Below are positions 1 through 10,058 of a stretch of DNA of 64,000 bases, piece by piece. Source of the stretch: Slackia sp. (GTDB lineage Bacteria; Actinomycetota; Coriobacteriia; Coriobacteriales; Eggerthellaceae); the NCBI GenBank assembly GCA_029266945.1, contig JARIED010000023.1, forward strand, positions 34,491 to 98,490, read 5' to 3'. The first letter of the stretch is position 1. Each line of letters begins with the position of its first letter. The notes under the pieces are model-generated. The model worked only from the letters and a program-made list of their open reading frames with translations. It was not told the DNA's origin and searched no databases. The translations under genes and the position numbers were made by a program.

Positions 1-87
1 ATAGTCGGCCGCGCGGCCGATGCCGGCGACGTATGTAAAGCCCGCGTCAAATCATGCGGAGCGAAACAACTAAAATACGAAACCCGA

Positions 88-918
88 CTATCGCTGCAGC
101 CTGCGTAGCAGTTCGATTTCCTTCGCGTAGCCCGGCAGCTCGTTGGGCGTCTCCAGAATGAACGGCAAGTCGCGCAAGGCGGGATGATTCACTATGCGCT
201 CGAAAGCCTCGATTCCGATATAGCCTTCGCCGATGACCTCGTGACGGTCTTTATGCGCCCCGCACGGATTCTTGCTGTCGTTGATATGCACGGCGCGCAG
301 GCGATCGATGCCGAGCACGCGGTCGAACTCCTCCAGCACACCGTCGAGATCGTTCACGATATCGTAGCCCGCATCGTGCACATGACACGTATCCAGGCAT
401 ACGCCCATATGGTCGGACAGTTCGACGCGGTCGATAATCGCCGCCAGCTCCTCGAAGCTGCGTCCAACCTCGGTTCCCTTGCCCGCCATGGTTTCGAGCA
501 GCACCGTCGTAGTCTGCTCGGGCGCGAGCACCTCGTTGAGCACCTCGGCGATCATGGCGATGCCCGCTTCGGCGCCCTGCTTGACATGGCTGCCCGGATG
601 GAAGTTGTAGTAGCTATGCGGCGTGAACTCCATGCGACGCAGGTCGTCGGCCATGGCTTCGCGCGCGAACTGCCTGGCATGGGGCTTATCGGAGCAGCAG
701 TTCAACGTGTACGGCGCATGCGCGACGAGCGTTCCGAACGATTCGGCCTCCATCCATGCCTTCAGTTCGGCGGCATCCTCGGGATCGATTGCTTTGGCCG
801 AACCGCCGCGCGGGTTGCGCGTGAAGAACGCGAAAGTGTTCGCCCCGATCGATGAGGCGGTCTTGCCCATGGCGAGAAAACCCTTCGACGAAGAAAGATG
901 GCATCCGATAGTAAGCAT
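88..918 (-). CDS. nfo: Endonuclease IV (AP endonuclease family 2)
   Basis: The 276-aa ORF shows the Nfo-type TIM-barrel pattern (GCHLS, HAPYTLN, NFHPGSH, CLDTCH, HINDS, ILETP). The ATG is preceded by a purine-rich SD-like sequence. Confidence 0.9.
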   Translation of the reverse strand: MLTIGCHLSSSKGFLAMGKTASSIGANTFAFFTRNPRGGSAKAIDPEDAAELKAWMEAESFGTLVAHAPYTLNCCSDKPHARQFAREAMADDLRRMEFTPHSYYNFHPGSHVKQGAEAGIAMIAEVLNEVLAPEQTTTVLLETMAGKGTEVGRSFEELAAIIDRVELSDHMGVCLDTCHVHDAGYDIVNDLDGVLEEFDRVLGIDRLRAVHINDSKNPCGAHKDRHEVIGEGYIGIEAFERIVNHPALRDLPFILETPNELPGYAKEIELLRRLQR

Positions 919-1201
919 GGCCTATCCGCCCTTCCGCAATGCAATGGCACCTATAACGTAACATTGAGCGCCTGGCATTATAGCGCAGCGAGCACGATGC
1001 TCCCGCACAGGCGGCGCGGCTCCACAGGACGCGAAACACCTCGACCGAAACCGCAGAGCACCGTGGGCAAACCGTGGGCGCGACCCCTTGAAACTGACGA
1101 TTCGTTGACGAACGCCCCACGCAGGCGCAACGGTTCGCGCGCGGCGCTTGAAGCGCATAGCGTTGCGGCGCATAGTGGACGCATCGACGAAAGGACGGAT
1201 C

Positions 1202-1522
1202 ATGAAAACGACGAACTCTCCTGTATCCGAGGCGTACGTCATCGAAAGCGACGGGTCGAAAACCGCCGTGCCCATCGGATTCGCCGATGAAAAGCCCCGC
1301 GCACGCCGCGCCTACTCATACTCTGCCGCGTACGGCTCGAGCTCTTCGGCTCGAAACGCCTACGCCGGCAGCGGCACGGCCGCCATGCCGCGTCGAGGAC
1401 TGCATCTGGGACGACGCGCGCTCGGCATACTGTTCGTATTGATCGGACTGCCGATGTTGATTTTGCCGGGGCCTGGCCTCGCTTTGGTCGGCCTGGGCCT
1501 TCTGATGACCGTCATGCCGTAA
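1202..1522 (+). CDS. Small membrane protein, PGPGW-type (putative)
   Basis: The ORF was trimmed to the internal ATG (MKTTNSP...), which follows GAAAGGA. The C-terminal hydrophobic hairpin LILPGPGLALVGLGLL resembles the PGPGW transmembrane family. A terminator hairpin lies downstream. Confidence 0.55.
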   Translation: MKTTNSPVSEAYVIESDGSKTAVPIGFADEKPRARRAYSYSAAYGSSSSARNAYAGSGTAAMPRRGLHLGRRALGILFVLIGLPMLILPGPGLALVGLGLLMTVMP

Positions 1523-1583
1523 CGGCCGCTCCTCCCCCAACCCCCTCCTGCGACGCTTTTTTTCGTGGCGCGCCGCATATATG

Positions 1584-1610
1584 AAAGAACCCGCCGATGG
1601 CGGGTTCTTT
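1584..1610. terminator. Bidirectional intrinsic terminator between the small membrane-protein gene and aspS
   Basis: Perfect 12-bp stem AAAGAACCCGCC/GGCGGGTTCTTT with a short loop. The A-run and T-run arms supply a U-tract on either strand. Confidence 0.6.
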
Positions 1611-1634
1611 GCATTCGGGAATATATGCCTGCGA

Positions 1635-3413
1635 CTACAGAGTGCGCAGCGCGACCTCCTTGAGCTGACGGGTGGTCACCTCGTTGGGGGCGCCCGTCAT
1701 GGGATCGGACGCCGAAGACGTCTTCGGGAAGGCGATGACGTCGCGGATCGACTGCTTGCCGGCGAGCAGCATGACCAGGCGGTCGAGACCCAGGGCGATG
1801 CCGCCGTGCGGCGGAGCGCCGAGCTCGAGGGCATGGATCAGGTGGCCGAACTTCTCGTCGATTTCGGCGTCGGTCAGACCGCAGCGACGAAGCACGCGGC
1901 GCTGAAGCTCCTCAGTGTGGATGCGGATGGTGCCGCCGCCGCACTCGAAGCCGTCCATGACCAGGTCGTAAGAGTAGCTGCCGCACTCAAGCGGGGCTTC
2001 TTCGATCTTGTACTGCTCCTCGGGAGGCACCATGGTGAACGGATGATGCTCGGCAGCGTACTTCTTCTCGTCCTCGTCGTAACGGAACATGGGGAAGTTG
2101 ACGACCCACAGGAGCGCATGGCCCTCGCGGGGGATGTCAAGCGCCTCGGCCATATGCAGACGCAGGGCAGAAAGCACGGCGTTGGCCACGTCGGCGGTAT
2201 CGGCCGCGAACAGCACCAGGTCGCCCGGCTCGACGTCGAGGGCTTCCTTCATCTTGGCATAGGTCTCGTCGTCGAAGAACTTGATGATCGGGCTCTTCTC
2301 GGCGCCGTCGGTGGTGTAGGCGATCCAAGCCATGCCCTTCGCGCCGTTGGCGGAAGCGATATTGGCCAGCTTGTCGATTTCGCCGCGGCTCCAGTCGCCT
2401 GCGCCCTTGGCGTTGATGGCCTTGACCACGCCGCCGGCCTCGACGGCCTTGGCGAACACGCCGAAGCCGCAGCCGCGCACGATTTCCGTCAGGTTGACGA
2501 GCTTCATGTCGAAGCGGACGTCGGGACGGTCGCAGCCATAGTACTCCATGGCATCGACGTACTGCATGCGCTGCAGCGGGAATTCGTGCTCGACGCCTGC
2601 GGCGGCCAGCACCTCGCTCATGACGCCTTCCATCATGTCCATGACGTCTTCGCCCTGGACGAAGGACATCTCGATGTCGACCTGGGTGAACTCAGGCTGA
2701 CGGTCGGCGCGCAAGTCCTCGTCGCGGAAGCAGCGGGCGATCTGGTAGTAGCGCTCGATGCCGCCGCACATCAGCATCTGCTTGAACTGCTGCGGGCTCT
2801 GCGGCAACGCGTAGAACTTGCCTGGGTTGGGACGGGACGGAACGATGTAGTCGCGGGCGCCTTCGGGGGTGGAGTTCGCCAGGATAGGCGTCTCGACCTC
2901 GATGAAGCCGCGCTCATTCAGCGCGGAACGCATGGCCTGGGCCACGGTGTGGCGCAGCTTGATGGCGTTGAACATCTCGGGACGGCGAAGGTCCATGTAG
3001 CGCCACTTCATGCGCGTGGTCTCGTCGGTCTCGATGCCGTCTTCGATCGAGAACGGCGGAGTCACGGAGGTGTTGAGCACCTTGACGACGGTGGCGAGCA
3101 CTTCGATCTCGCCCGTCGCCATGTTGGGGTTGACCGTGCCCTCGGCGCGAGCGCGCACCTTGCCGACGACCTCGATCACGTACTCGCGGCCCAGATGCTC
3201 GGCGACGGCGAAATCGTCCGCGCTGACGCAATCGGGGTCGATGACCACCTGGGTGTAACCCTCGCGGTCGCGCAGGTCGATGAAGATCAGACCGCCGTGG
3301 TCGCGGTTGTGCCACACCCAGCCGGTGAGCGTGACCTGGGAATCCACGTCGGATGCACGCAGCTGGCCGCACGTGTGGTCGTGCATGCAATACTCGTTAA
3401 CGAAATCGGTCAT
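1635..3413 (-). CDS. aspS: Aspartate--tRNA ligase
   Basis: 592 aa. It has an N-terminal OB-fold region ([23 protein letters not shown]) and class II motifs ([39 protein letters not shown]). AAGGAG SD upstream. Confidence 0.96.
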   Translation of the reverse strand: MTDFVNEYCMHDHTCGQLRASDVDSQVTLTGWVWHNRDHGGLIFIDLRDREGYTQVVIDPDCVSADDFAVAEHLGREYVIEVVGKVRARAEGTVNPNMATGEIEVLATVVKVLNTSVTPPFSIEDGIETDETTRMKWRYMDLRRPEMFNAIKLRHTVAQAMRSALNERGFIEVETPILANSTPEGARDYIVPSRPNPGKFYALPQSPQQFKQMLMCGGIERYYQIARCFRDEDLRADRQPEFTQVDIEMSFVQGEDVMDMMEGVMSEVLAAAGVEHEFPLQRMQYVDAMEYYGCDRPDVRFDMKLVNLTEIVRGCGFGVFAKAVEAGGVVKAINAKGAGDWSRGEIDKLANIASANGAKGMAWIAYTTDGAEKSPIIKFFDDETYAKMKEALDVEPGDLVLFAADTADVANAVLSALRLHMAEALDIPREGHALLWVVNFPMFRYDEDEKKYAAEHHPFTMVPPEEQYKIEEAPLECGSYSYDLVMDGFECGGGTIRIHTEELQRRVLRRCGLTDAEIDEKFGHLIHALELGAPPHGGIALGLDRLVMLLAGKQSIRDVIAFPKTSSASDPMTGAPNEVTTRQLKEVALRTL

Positions 3414-3421
3414 GTGCTTTC

Positions 3422-4816
3422 TTACTCCTTATCGTCATTCTCGAAAGAGAACACAGCATCAATATTGACAGGCGTGGCGGCGTTGCCGACCAGCTGGCCG
3501 CCGAACTGGGACAGAAGACGCTTCGCCGCATCGATATCGACCAGCTTCTCGCTGTGCTTCTGCATGCTGCGAACGCGGGCCTTGCCCTGGGCGAGCTCGT
3601 CGGGGCCCAAGATGACGACGACGCGCGCGCCGATCTTGTCGGCCATCTTGAACTGGCTCTTCAGGCTTTTGCCCTGGTGGTCCATCTCGATGCAGAGCCC
3701 GGCGTCGCGCGCGGCGAACACCAGGTCGAACGCTGCGGGGCGCACGGACTCGTCGACGCAGGCGACGTAGCCGTCCACGCGCTTCGAGCTTTCGCTCAAA
3801 ACGCCCGCGGCCTCGAGGGCAAGCACCATGCGCTCGAAACCGAGCGCGAAGCCCAGGCCCGGCGTCGGGCGGCCGCCCACCGTTTCGGCGAGGCCGTCGT
3901 AGCGTCCGCCGCCGCCGATGGCGCTCTGCGAACCCATGCCCTCGGTGACCTGCACCTCGAACACGGTGCGCGTGTAGTAGTCGAGGCCGCGCACCAGCGT
4001 GGGGTCTTCGACATAGGCGATGCCCGCGGCGTCGAGCAGCTGCTTCACGCTTTCATAGTGGCTGCGGCAATCGTCGCACAGGTGGTCGACGATTTTCGGC
4101 GCGTCCGCCATGACGTGCGCGCACGTCTTGTTCTTGCAGTCGAAGGCGCGCAGCGGATTGGTGTCGGCGCGGCGACGGCACTCCTCGCACATCTCGTCTT
4201 CGTGGGCGAGGATGAACTCGCGCACGCTTTCGCGATAAGCGGGACGGCAGGCGTCATCGCCCATCGAGTTGATGAGCAGGCGCATGTTCTTCGCAGGCAC
4301 GCCCATAGCCTCGAAGAAGCGCATGAGCATGATGATCATCTCGGCATCGGCCGTGGGCTCGGAAGCGCCCAGGCACTCGACGCCGATCTGATGGAACTGG
4401 CGCAAGCGGCCCTTCTGGGGACGCTCGGCGCGAAACATCGGGCCGGCGTAGAACAGCTTCGCGGGCGCGGCGCCCTGCTCGACCAGGTTGTGCTGCACCA
4501 CCGCGCGCACGACGCCTGCCGTGCCTTCGGGGCGCAACGAAAGCTTCTGCTTCGCCTTGAGGCCGGCATCGGAGCCTGCGGCAAGGGAGCGCTTATAGTT
4601 CTCGCCGCTGCGGACGACGAACATCTCTTTGCCAACGACGTCGGTCGCTTCGCCGATGCCGTGCGTGAACACCTCGGTCAGCTCGAACAGAGGCGTGTCG
4701 ATCGGCTCGTAGCCATACGTGGAGAACAGCTTCGCCGCTGCATCGGTCGTCGTGCGCCACAGGCGCGCGGCAGCGGGGAGCATGTCGGCGGTTCCCTCGG
4801 GTGCGTTGTAGGGCAT
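3422..4816 (-). CDS. hisS: Histidine--tRNA ligase
   Basis: Class II HisRS motifs are present ([47 protein letters not shown]). The start was trimmed to the internal ATG (MPYNAPEG) behind AAAGGA. The gene is adjacent to aspS. Confidence 0.93.
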   Translation of the reverse strand: MPYNAPEGTADMLPAAARLWRTTTDAAAKLFSTYGYEPIDTPLFELTEVFTHGIGEATDVVGKEMFVVRSGENYKRSLAAGSDAGLKAKQKLSLRPEGTAGVVRAVVQHNLVEQGAAPAKLFYAGPMFRAERPQKGRLRQFHQIGVECLGASEPTADAEMIIMLMRFFEAMGVPAKNMRLLINSMGDDACRPAYRESVREFILAHEDEMCEECRRRADTNPLRAFDCKNKTCAHVMADAPKIVDHLCDDCRSHYESVKQLLDAAGIAYVEDPTLVRGLDYYTRTVFEVQVTEGMGSQSAIGGGGRYDGLAETVGGRPTPGLGFALGFERMVLALEAAGVLSESSKRVDGYVACVDESVRPAAFDLVFAARDAGLCIEMDHQGKSLKSQFKMADKIGARVVVILGPDELAQGKARVRSMQKHSEKLVDIDAAKRLLSQFGGQLVGNAATPVNIDAVFSFENDDKE

Positions 4817-4910
4817 GGTAATCCTTTGCGACGTGGCGTTATTCGTAACGCGATATTTTATCACCACCGCAGCTTAGAGCGAAACCGCGTCGAGCGCAAA
4901 CGCGAAAGAA

Positions 4911-4938
4911 GCAAAACGGCCGCAGGTCCGCTGCGGCC
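4911..4938 (-). terminator. Intrinsic terminator downstream of the M16 peptidase gene
   Basis: On the minus strand, GGCCGCAG-cggac-CTGCGGCC is followed by GTTTTGCTTCTTT. Confidence 0.6.
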
Positions 4939-4968
4939 GTTCGCATCCGGCGCCTTTCGCATCGCGCC

Positions 4969-7905
4969 TTAGAGCAGCTCGACGAACTCCCATGCGCCCT
5001 TCGACGCGCGCAGCACGTCTTCGCCGCCGAACGCGCAGACCGCGCCCTCGGCCGCGATGCGGTCGAGCACCTCGGCATACGCGCGCAGCTTCTCGGGCGT
5101 CGCGGCGAGCTTTTCCTCGCGCAGCTGCTCGCGATAGCCCGCAGGCTTGCCGGAGAACAGCGCCACGTCCTGGCGGCGCGCCACCTGGCGCGGTTTCACC
5201 GGCGCGTCGTGCGAAGCGACCGTGCTGACGATATAGCCTTCCATCTCGTCTTGCGCGGGATCGAACGCCGAAAGCCACGAGCCCGCCTCGTCGTAGCGCG
5301 CCAGCGTCGCATCGACGCCCGGATCCCTGAAGGAATAGAAGCGGCCGAAACCCTCGGGCGTGATGCGGAATCCGACGCCGTAAGCGCCGCCTTTCACGCG
5401 CACCTCGTTCCACAGGTAATCGAACGAGAGCGCGTTGGAAAGCACCGCCCAGGCTCCGTCGTAGTCGACCGCCTTATGAACGTCGGCGCCCTTCGCCACG
5501 TAGCACACGTCGCCCGGCACGATGAAGGCCTCCCGCTTGGCGACAGGCTCGGGCACGCGGTCGCCGAATGCGAAGCGACAGCGCGGATCGCCGTCGAAGG
5601 CGGCATCGCCCGGCAGGCCGAAATCGCCCGCGATGCTCCAGAAACGCTCGAAGTCGTCCACCGATCCCGTGAAACTCGCCAACGCGCCGTCTTTCGTGAA
5701 GATGCGGTCGCGCACATCCTCCAGACGCGCGCGCATCTCGTCGAAGCGCTCGTCGAAATGCTCGATGGAATCGCACAGGAAGCGGTAGAAATCGACGCCT
5801 CCCATCTGCTCTTTGATCAAGCCGGACTTGAACAGATACGACGACAGGCGATTCATCGCGCGCACGTGGCCCTCGCCCACGAACGACTGCTCCATGGAAA
5901 TGCGTCGCTGCACCAAGACGTCGCGGATCTTGCCCGCGTCGTCGAAAGACGTCGTCGCCCAGACCTCGCGCGGAATGCGGGCGAGATGCTCGATCTCTTC
6001 GGACAGCGCGCTTGCCGACGCGACCATCTTGAGAGAGAGCTTCGACGGGTCGGAATCGGACGAATAGGCCTCCGCGAAGAAACGGAGCGAGCCCAAGTGC
6101 GTGCGCATATGCACGTCGAGTTCGGCCGCGCTGCGCTCTGCCGTGCCGAGACGGCCGAGCAGCATGCCGAGCAGCGTGACATAGGGCAAGTCGTCGAACG
6201 CCAATCCGTCCATGTCGAAATACAGCGACAGGTAGTCGATATGGCGCGTAGGCAGGTCGTGATGCAAGCACGGCACGGGCGCATCGGCCGCCAGGCGATA
6301 CGCGGGATCGGAAACAGACGCGCCGATGTCGTCGACGCGCAGGCGCGGAAGCGTCGCCGTGACCTCGGGCGCGTCGGGCGTCTCCTGCATCAGGCGCAGG
6401 GCCGCCACGTCGTCGCGCACGGCCTGACGACGCACGTCGTCCATGGAAGCGAGCGTATCCGCCAGCTCGGCCTCCTCTTCAGAAGCGGAGCCGTCTTCGC
6501 CCGGCACCAGGTCGACGAGCGCCTTGTGGCCGCTTTCGCATATCAGCGAGGCCAGGACGTCTTCGAAGTAGCGGCCGTCGAGACCGGCACGCATATGGGC
6601 GAGCGCGTCCTCGTAGCGCAAATATGCGGTAGGCATGGCGTCATCGTAGAGCCAGCCCGCCAGCGCGTTCATAGCCAAAGGCACGCCGTCGGCCATGCCG
6701 CGGTCGCGTTCGCGCAAATCGAAGGCCATCTGGGCAAGAGACGCCTCGAGCACGTCGCGCGGGATGCCGTCGCGCACCAGACGCGCCGCCTCGCGCTCGA
6801 CCGCCTCCATGAACGCCTGCGCCTTGCCTTCCCCGGCGTTCTTCAGCTGGAACAGCGCGACGGGCTGCGCCTGGGAGTCAATCAGATACGCCGTGACGTC
6901 GCCGCCGAGGCCCTCGTCGAGCAGCGCGCGCTTCATCGGCGATTCATTTCCGCCCATCAGCGCGTCCATCAGCACGTCGCACGCCAGCACGCGTTCGAAA
7001 TCACGCGCCTGCCCCACCACGTAGCCCAGGCCGACGCAAGCGTTTTCCGGCGCCGTGTCCATGGAAACCGCGACGTCGGTCGCCACACGCGGCGCCTGCA
7101 CGCCCACCTCGTTGGGAGCGGCATCGACTCGCGGGCGCTCGACCGACAGATAGCGCTCGTCAAGAAACGACAGCATCCGTTCGGCGTCCACGTTGCCATA
7201 CAGCACGATGTAGGCGTTGTCGAGACGGTAGTGGCGCGCGTGCGTATCGAGGAACTGTTCGTAGGTCAGCTGCGGAATGGCGCGCGGGCGGCCGCCCGAT
7301 TCGAAGGCGTAGCACGTGTCGGGGAACAGCGCCGCGTTCACCGCGTGGTACAGCACGCTTTCGGGGTCGGACAGCGCGCCTTTCATCTCGTTGAACACCA
7401 CGCCGTTGTAGCGCAGGCGCGGCTCGGCGCCGTCTTCGTCGAGCTCGTAGTGCCAGCCCTCCTGCTCGAAGATGGCGCGCTTGTCGTAAATAGCGGGATT
7501 GAGCACCGCGTCCATGTACACGTCGGTCAGGTTCATCAGGTCCTGGTCGTTGGTGCTTGCCACCGGGTACATGGTCTTGTCGGGAAACGTAAGCGCGTTG
7601 AGAAACGTCTGCATCGACGTTTTCAGCAGGTCGACGAACGGCTCTTTGACGGGAAACTTCTTCGAGCCGCACAGCACGGAATGCTCCAGGATGTGGAAGA
7701 CGCCCGTATCATCGGAGGGAGGCGTCTTGAATGCGATGGAAAACGCCTTGTTCTCGTCGGCGTTCTGCAGGAAAAGCAGGCGGGCGCCGCTTTTCTCGTG
7801 GCGCATGACGTGCGCCGATCCGTCGATTTCCGAAAGCGGCTCCGACGACTCGACGACGAAACCGTGCATGCGGGCACCGGCTTGGAAATCATGGGTTGAA
7901 AGCAT
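4969..7905 (-). CDS. M16-family zinc metallopeptidase (PreP / M16C-like, about 978 aa)
   Basis: The inverted zinc motif HxxEH is present (FHILEHSVLCGS). Length and architecture are typical of presequence-protease-like M16C enzymes. TAGGAG SD upstream. Confidence 0.88.
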   Translation of the reverse strand: MLSTHDFQAGARMHGFVVESSEPLSEIDGSAHVMRHEKSGARLLFLQNADENKAFSIAFKTPPSDDTGVFHILEHSVLCGSKKFPVKEPFVDLLKTSMQTFLNALTFPDKTMYPVASTNDQDLMNLTDVYMDAVLNPAIYDKRAIFEQEGWHYELDEDGAEPRLRYNGVVFNEMKGALSDPESVLYHAVNAALFPDTCYAFESGGRPRAIPQLTYEQFLDTHARHYRLDNAYIVLYGNVDAERMLSFLDERYLSVERPRVDAAPNEVGVQAPRVATDVAVSMDTAPENACVGLGYVVGQARDFERVLACDVLMDALMGGNESPMKRALLDEGLGGDVTAYLIDSQAQPVALFQLKNAGEGKAQAFMEAVEREAARLVRDGIPRDVLEASLAQMAFDLRERDRGMADGVPLAMNALAGWLYDDAMPTAYLRYEDALAHMRAGLDGRYFEDVLASLICESGHKALVDLVPGEDGSASEEEAELADTLASMDDVRRQAVRDDVAALRLMQETPDAPEVTATLPRLRVDDIGASVSDPAYRLAADAPVPCLHHDLPTRHIDYLSLYFDMDGLAFDDLPYVTLLGMLLGRLGTAERSAAELDVHMRTHLGSLRFFAEAYSSDSDPSKLSLKMVASASALSEEIEHLARIPREVWATTSFDDAGKIRDVLVQRRISMEQSFVGEGHVRAMNRLSSYLFKSGLIKEQMGGVDFYRFLCDSIEHFDERFDEMRARLEDVRDRIFTKDGALASFTGSVDDFERFWSIAGDFGLPGDAAFDGDPRCRFAFGDRVPEPVAKREAFIVPGDVCYVAKGADVHKAVDYDGAWAVLSNALSFDYLWNEVRVKGGAYGVGFRITPEGFGRFYSFRDPGVDATLARYDEAGSWLSAFDPAQDEMEGYIVSTVASHDAPVKPRQVARRQDVALFSGKPAGYREQLREEKLAATPEKLRAYAEVLDRIAAEGAVCAFGGEDVLRASKGAWEFVELL

Positions 7906-8096
7906 GATGGCTCCTATCGGTAAAGGTATCGCAAAGGATTATAGACCAAGCAAAACCGTGGCCATCGCCACTGCACAGCATGCTCGCAGCGTCGGCGGAC
8001 GGGTCCCGTTTTCAACGCGACGGCCACATACGGCTGCGGCGCCGAAGCGCGGCTATACAATGGGACGAAACCCTCCCCCCGCAGAAAGGGATACTT

Positions 8097-8945
8097 ATGG
8101 ATATCGCCGTATTCTATGAGAACGCCGCGCCGTTTTCGGCCGAAATCGCGCTGGAGGCCGCCGAAGCGGACGCCCTCGTCGCCGATTCGCTGGCGCGGCT
8201 TGCGCGCATTCTCAAATGCCCCGAAAGCGCCGTAAGGGAGCGCGCCGCCCAGCTGCTGACCGCGCGCGAGATGGAGACCTATCTGCGCGAAAGCACGATG
8301 AACCGCGCGGCCGACAAGGCGCTCGCCGAGGTCTGCCCCCTGTTCGTCGGCACGCCGAAGGTCGAGGCGACGGGTGATTTCCGCGAACACGAGCCGCTGC
8401 GCTTCGGCGTCGTCGTGCACCCCGTGCCCGCGATGGAGCTGGACCTCGAGACCCCCATCGCGTCGCGCCGCAGGAAAAAGGCGGCCGACGGGTCGTCGGG
8501 GGCACACCCTGTCGAAGAAGCGCGCGAAGACTACGTGGCGGAAACGCTGCGCGCGCGCTTGAACGGGACCATTCCCGACGCGCTCCTGCGCGACGCCTTG
8601 GTGCGCAAAAAAGAAGAATTCATGGCCGAGCTGGCCGAAAAGGGCCTCACCTACCGCGAATACCGCATCGCGCATCGCGTGAAGCCGCAGGACGTGCAAG
8701 ACGCGCTCTATGACGAGGCCTTCGACGAGCTTTCGCGCGCCATCGCGCTCGACACCGTATTCATCAAGCAGAAATTGGAAACGACCGCCGACGACGAAGC
8801 GGCCGTGCTGGCAGAAACGGCGCCCGAGCGCGAAGCCTCGTTGCGCGAAGAGCTCGAAGCCACGGGAAAGCTCTGGATGCTCGCCCAAAAAACCCGCCGC
8901 GCCGCGGCCCTGCGGTGGGCGATGGAACATCTCCTGGAAAAATAA
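8097..8945 (+). CDS. Hypothetical protein, possibly with a trigger-factor C-terminal-like helical domain
   Basis: The ORF was trimmed to the ATG (MDIAVFYE) behind GAAAGGG. Its acidic, helical composition differs from the Arg-rich shadow ORFs. The functional call is weak. Confidence 0.5.
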   Translation: MDIAVFYENAAPFSAEIALEAAEADALVADSLARLARILKCPESAVRERAAQLLTAREMETYLRESTMNRAADKALAEVCPLFVGTPKVEATGDFREHEPLRFGVVVHPVPAMELDLETPIASRRRKKAADGSSGAHPVEEAREDYVAETLRARLNGTIPDALLRDALVRKKEEFMAELAEKGLTYREYRIAHRVKPQDVQDALYDEAFDELSRAIALDTVFIKQKLETTADDEAAVLAETAPEREASLREELEATGKLWMLAQKTRRAAALRWAMEHLLEK

Positions 8946-9993
8946 TGCCGGCCACGCCCTTGCAAGCGTGGTCGGCGAACAAAAGCCAAAGCGAATTCGC
9001 AACGAAACGCACTTCGATGCGCACCCAGACAGAACGAATCGTCACGTACTCCAGGTCGCCGCAGCGCAGACGAGGGCGAGCGCGGCGAGTGCAGTCGGCG
9101 TGAAAGACCGAGGAAGCGTACTTCGGTACGCGACCAGACAGGACAGACCACGAGACGTTCCAGGTCGCCGAAACGCAGCGAAAAGCCGCCCGGCGCCTTG
9201 GATCGGCCCGACTGGCGCAGGGAGCGTGCTTCGCACGTGACCGGAGCACGGAGAGTCGAGACAGGGCGCCCGGCGGCTTTGCAGCGTCGACTCGTTGCGT
9301 CGGCTGGAAAGCCGACGCAACTCCCGAGGCGTATTTCATCATGATCGAACGCATGATATCGGAGGCGCGCTCGCACGTATCAGCCGTGTTTTCCATGCGC
9401 TGGAACAGCTTATCCCAAATGAACACGTCCACAGCCTCTTCGCGCACGTCATGGGGATCGGCCGAGGGAGAAGCGTCCTTGCGGGCGTTCGTGTACAGGT
9501 CGTGCATGACCGTGAAGAACAAGTCGTCGGCCTCTTCCTCGACGTCTCCCACCTCCACGATGAGGGGCTTGAGCTTCTTGCCGTTCTTGAAATTCTTGAA
9601 CTCGCAAGCCGCAGCCTTCAGGGCTTCGCAGCCTTTCAGCAGCAGCTTCGCGAAATCGATCGCCCGGGGATGCATGCTCTGCACATCGAACATATAGAAG
9701 CGCTGGATGGTCGCCTCCATGTAGTCGAGGATGTCATCCATGCTCTGCGTGAGCGAAATAATATCCTCGCGGTCGATCGGCGTGATGAAATCGACGCTGA
9801 CGGCATCGAAGATGTCATGGCACACCATATCGGCCTGATGTTCGATTTCATGCGCGCGCTTGATATCGTCCAGGAGCGCTTCGGACGTACGGAAATTCTC
9901 GATGATCTCGATCAGCAGCTCCGCCTCGCGGCACGCCAGGTCGGCCTGCTTCTCGAATGCATCGAAATAGTTGAATTTCTGCTTGAGACTCAT
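8764..9993 (-). CDS. DUF47 / PhoU-like phosphate-transport regulator (PiT partner) with an anomalous C-terminal read-through
   Basis: The first 221 aa or so (nt 9331-9993) look like a TIGR00153/DUF47 protein (EIEHQADMVCHDIF..., TPIDREDI). The remaining 188 aa or so are Arg-rich. They run through a hairpin and the tandem repeat, and overlap the convergent gene. Confidence 0.7.
   Translation of the reverse strand: MSLKQKFNYFDAFEKQADLACREAELLIEIIENFRTSEALLDDIKRAHEIEHQADMVCHDIFDAVSVDFITPIDREDIISLTQSMDDILDYMEATIQRFYMFDVQSMHPRAIDFAKLLLKGCEALKAAACEFKNFKNGKKLKPLIVEVGDVEEEADDLFFTVMHDLYTNARKDASPSADPHDVREEAVDVFIWDKLFQRMENTADTCERASDIMRSIMMKYASGVASAFQPTQRVDAAKPPGALSRLSVLRSRAKHAPCASRADPRRRAAFRCVSATWNVSWSVLSGRVPKYASSVFHADCTRRARPRLRCGDLEYVTIRSVWVRIEVRFVANSLWLLFADHACKGVAGIIFPGDVPSPTAGPRRGGFFGRASRAFPWLRALRATRLRARAPFLPARPLRRRRSFPISA
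8967..9265. repeat. Three degenerate tandem units (about 80, 110 and 108 nt), each ending in a UUCG-type hairpin
   Basis: Units begin with GGTCG(C/G)CGAA...AAAAGCC and end with a hairpin plus GACC(A/G)GA(C/G)A...CGAGAC. The hairpins are CGCA-cttcga-TGCG (9008-9021), GCGTAC-ttcg-GTACGC (9116-9131) and CGTGC-ttc-GCACG (9225-9237). Confidence 0.6.
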
Positions 9994-10058
9994 CGTGGGC
10001 CTTTCTCATGTGGCAAACAGCGGCGCAAATACGCGCCGACGCGCAGTGCGGCGCGTAT

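Noticed and set aside
1581-3770. 729-aa plus-strand ORF, and similar long plus-strand ORFs at 3554-4972, 5209-7899, 10218-12104, 12312-14369 and 14929-16866
   Set aside because: They lie antisense to clearly recognisable genes (aspS, hisS, the M16 peptidase, PiT/MBL, relA, recJ). They have Arg/Ala/Gly/His-rich low-complexity composition typical of stop-poor shadow frames in high-GC DNA, and they show no recognisable motifs.
8967-9265. Possible CRISPR array
   Set aside because: The units are 80-110 nt long, degenerate and directly abutting. There are no short conserved repeats alternating with unique spacers, and no cas genes are in the window.
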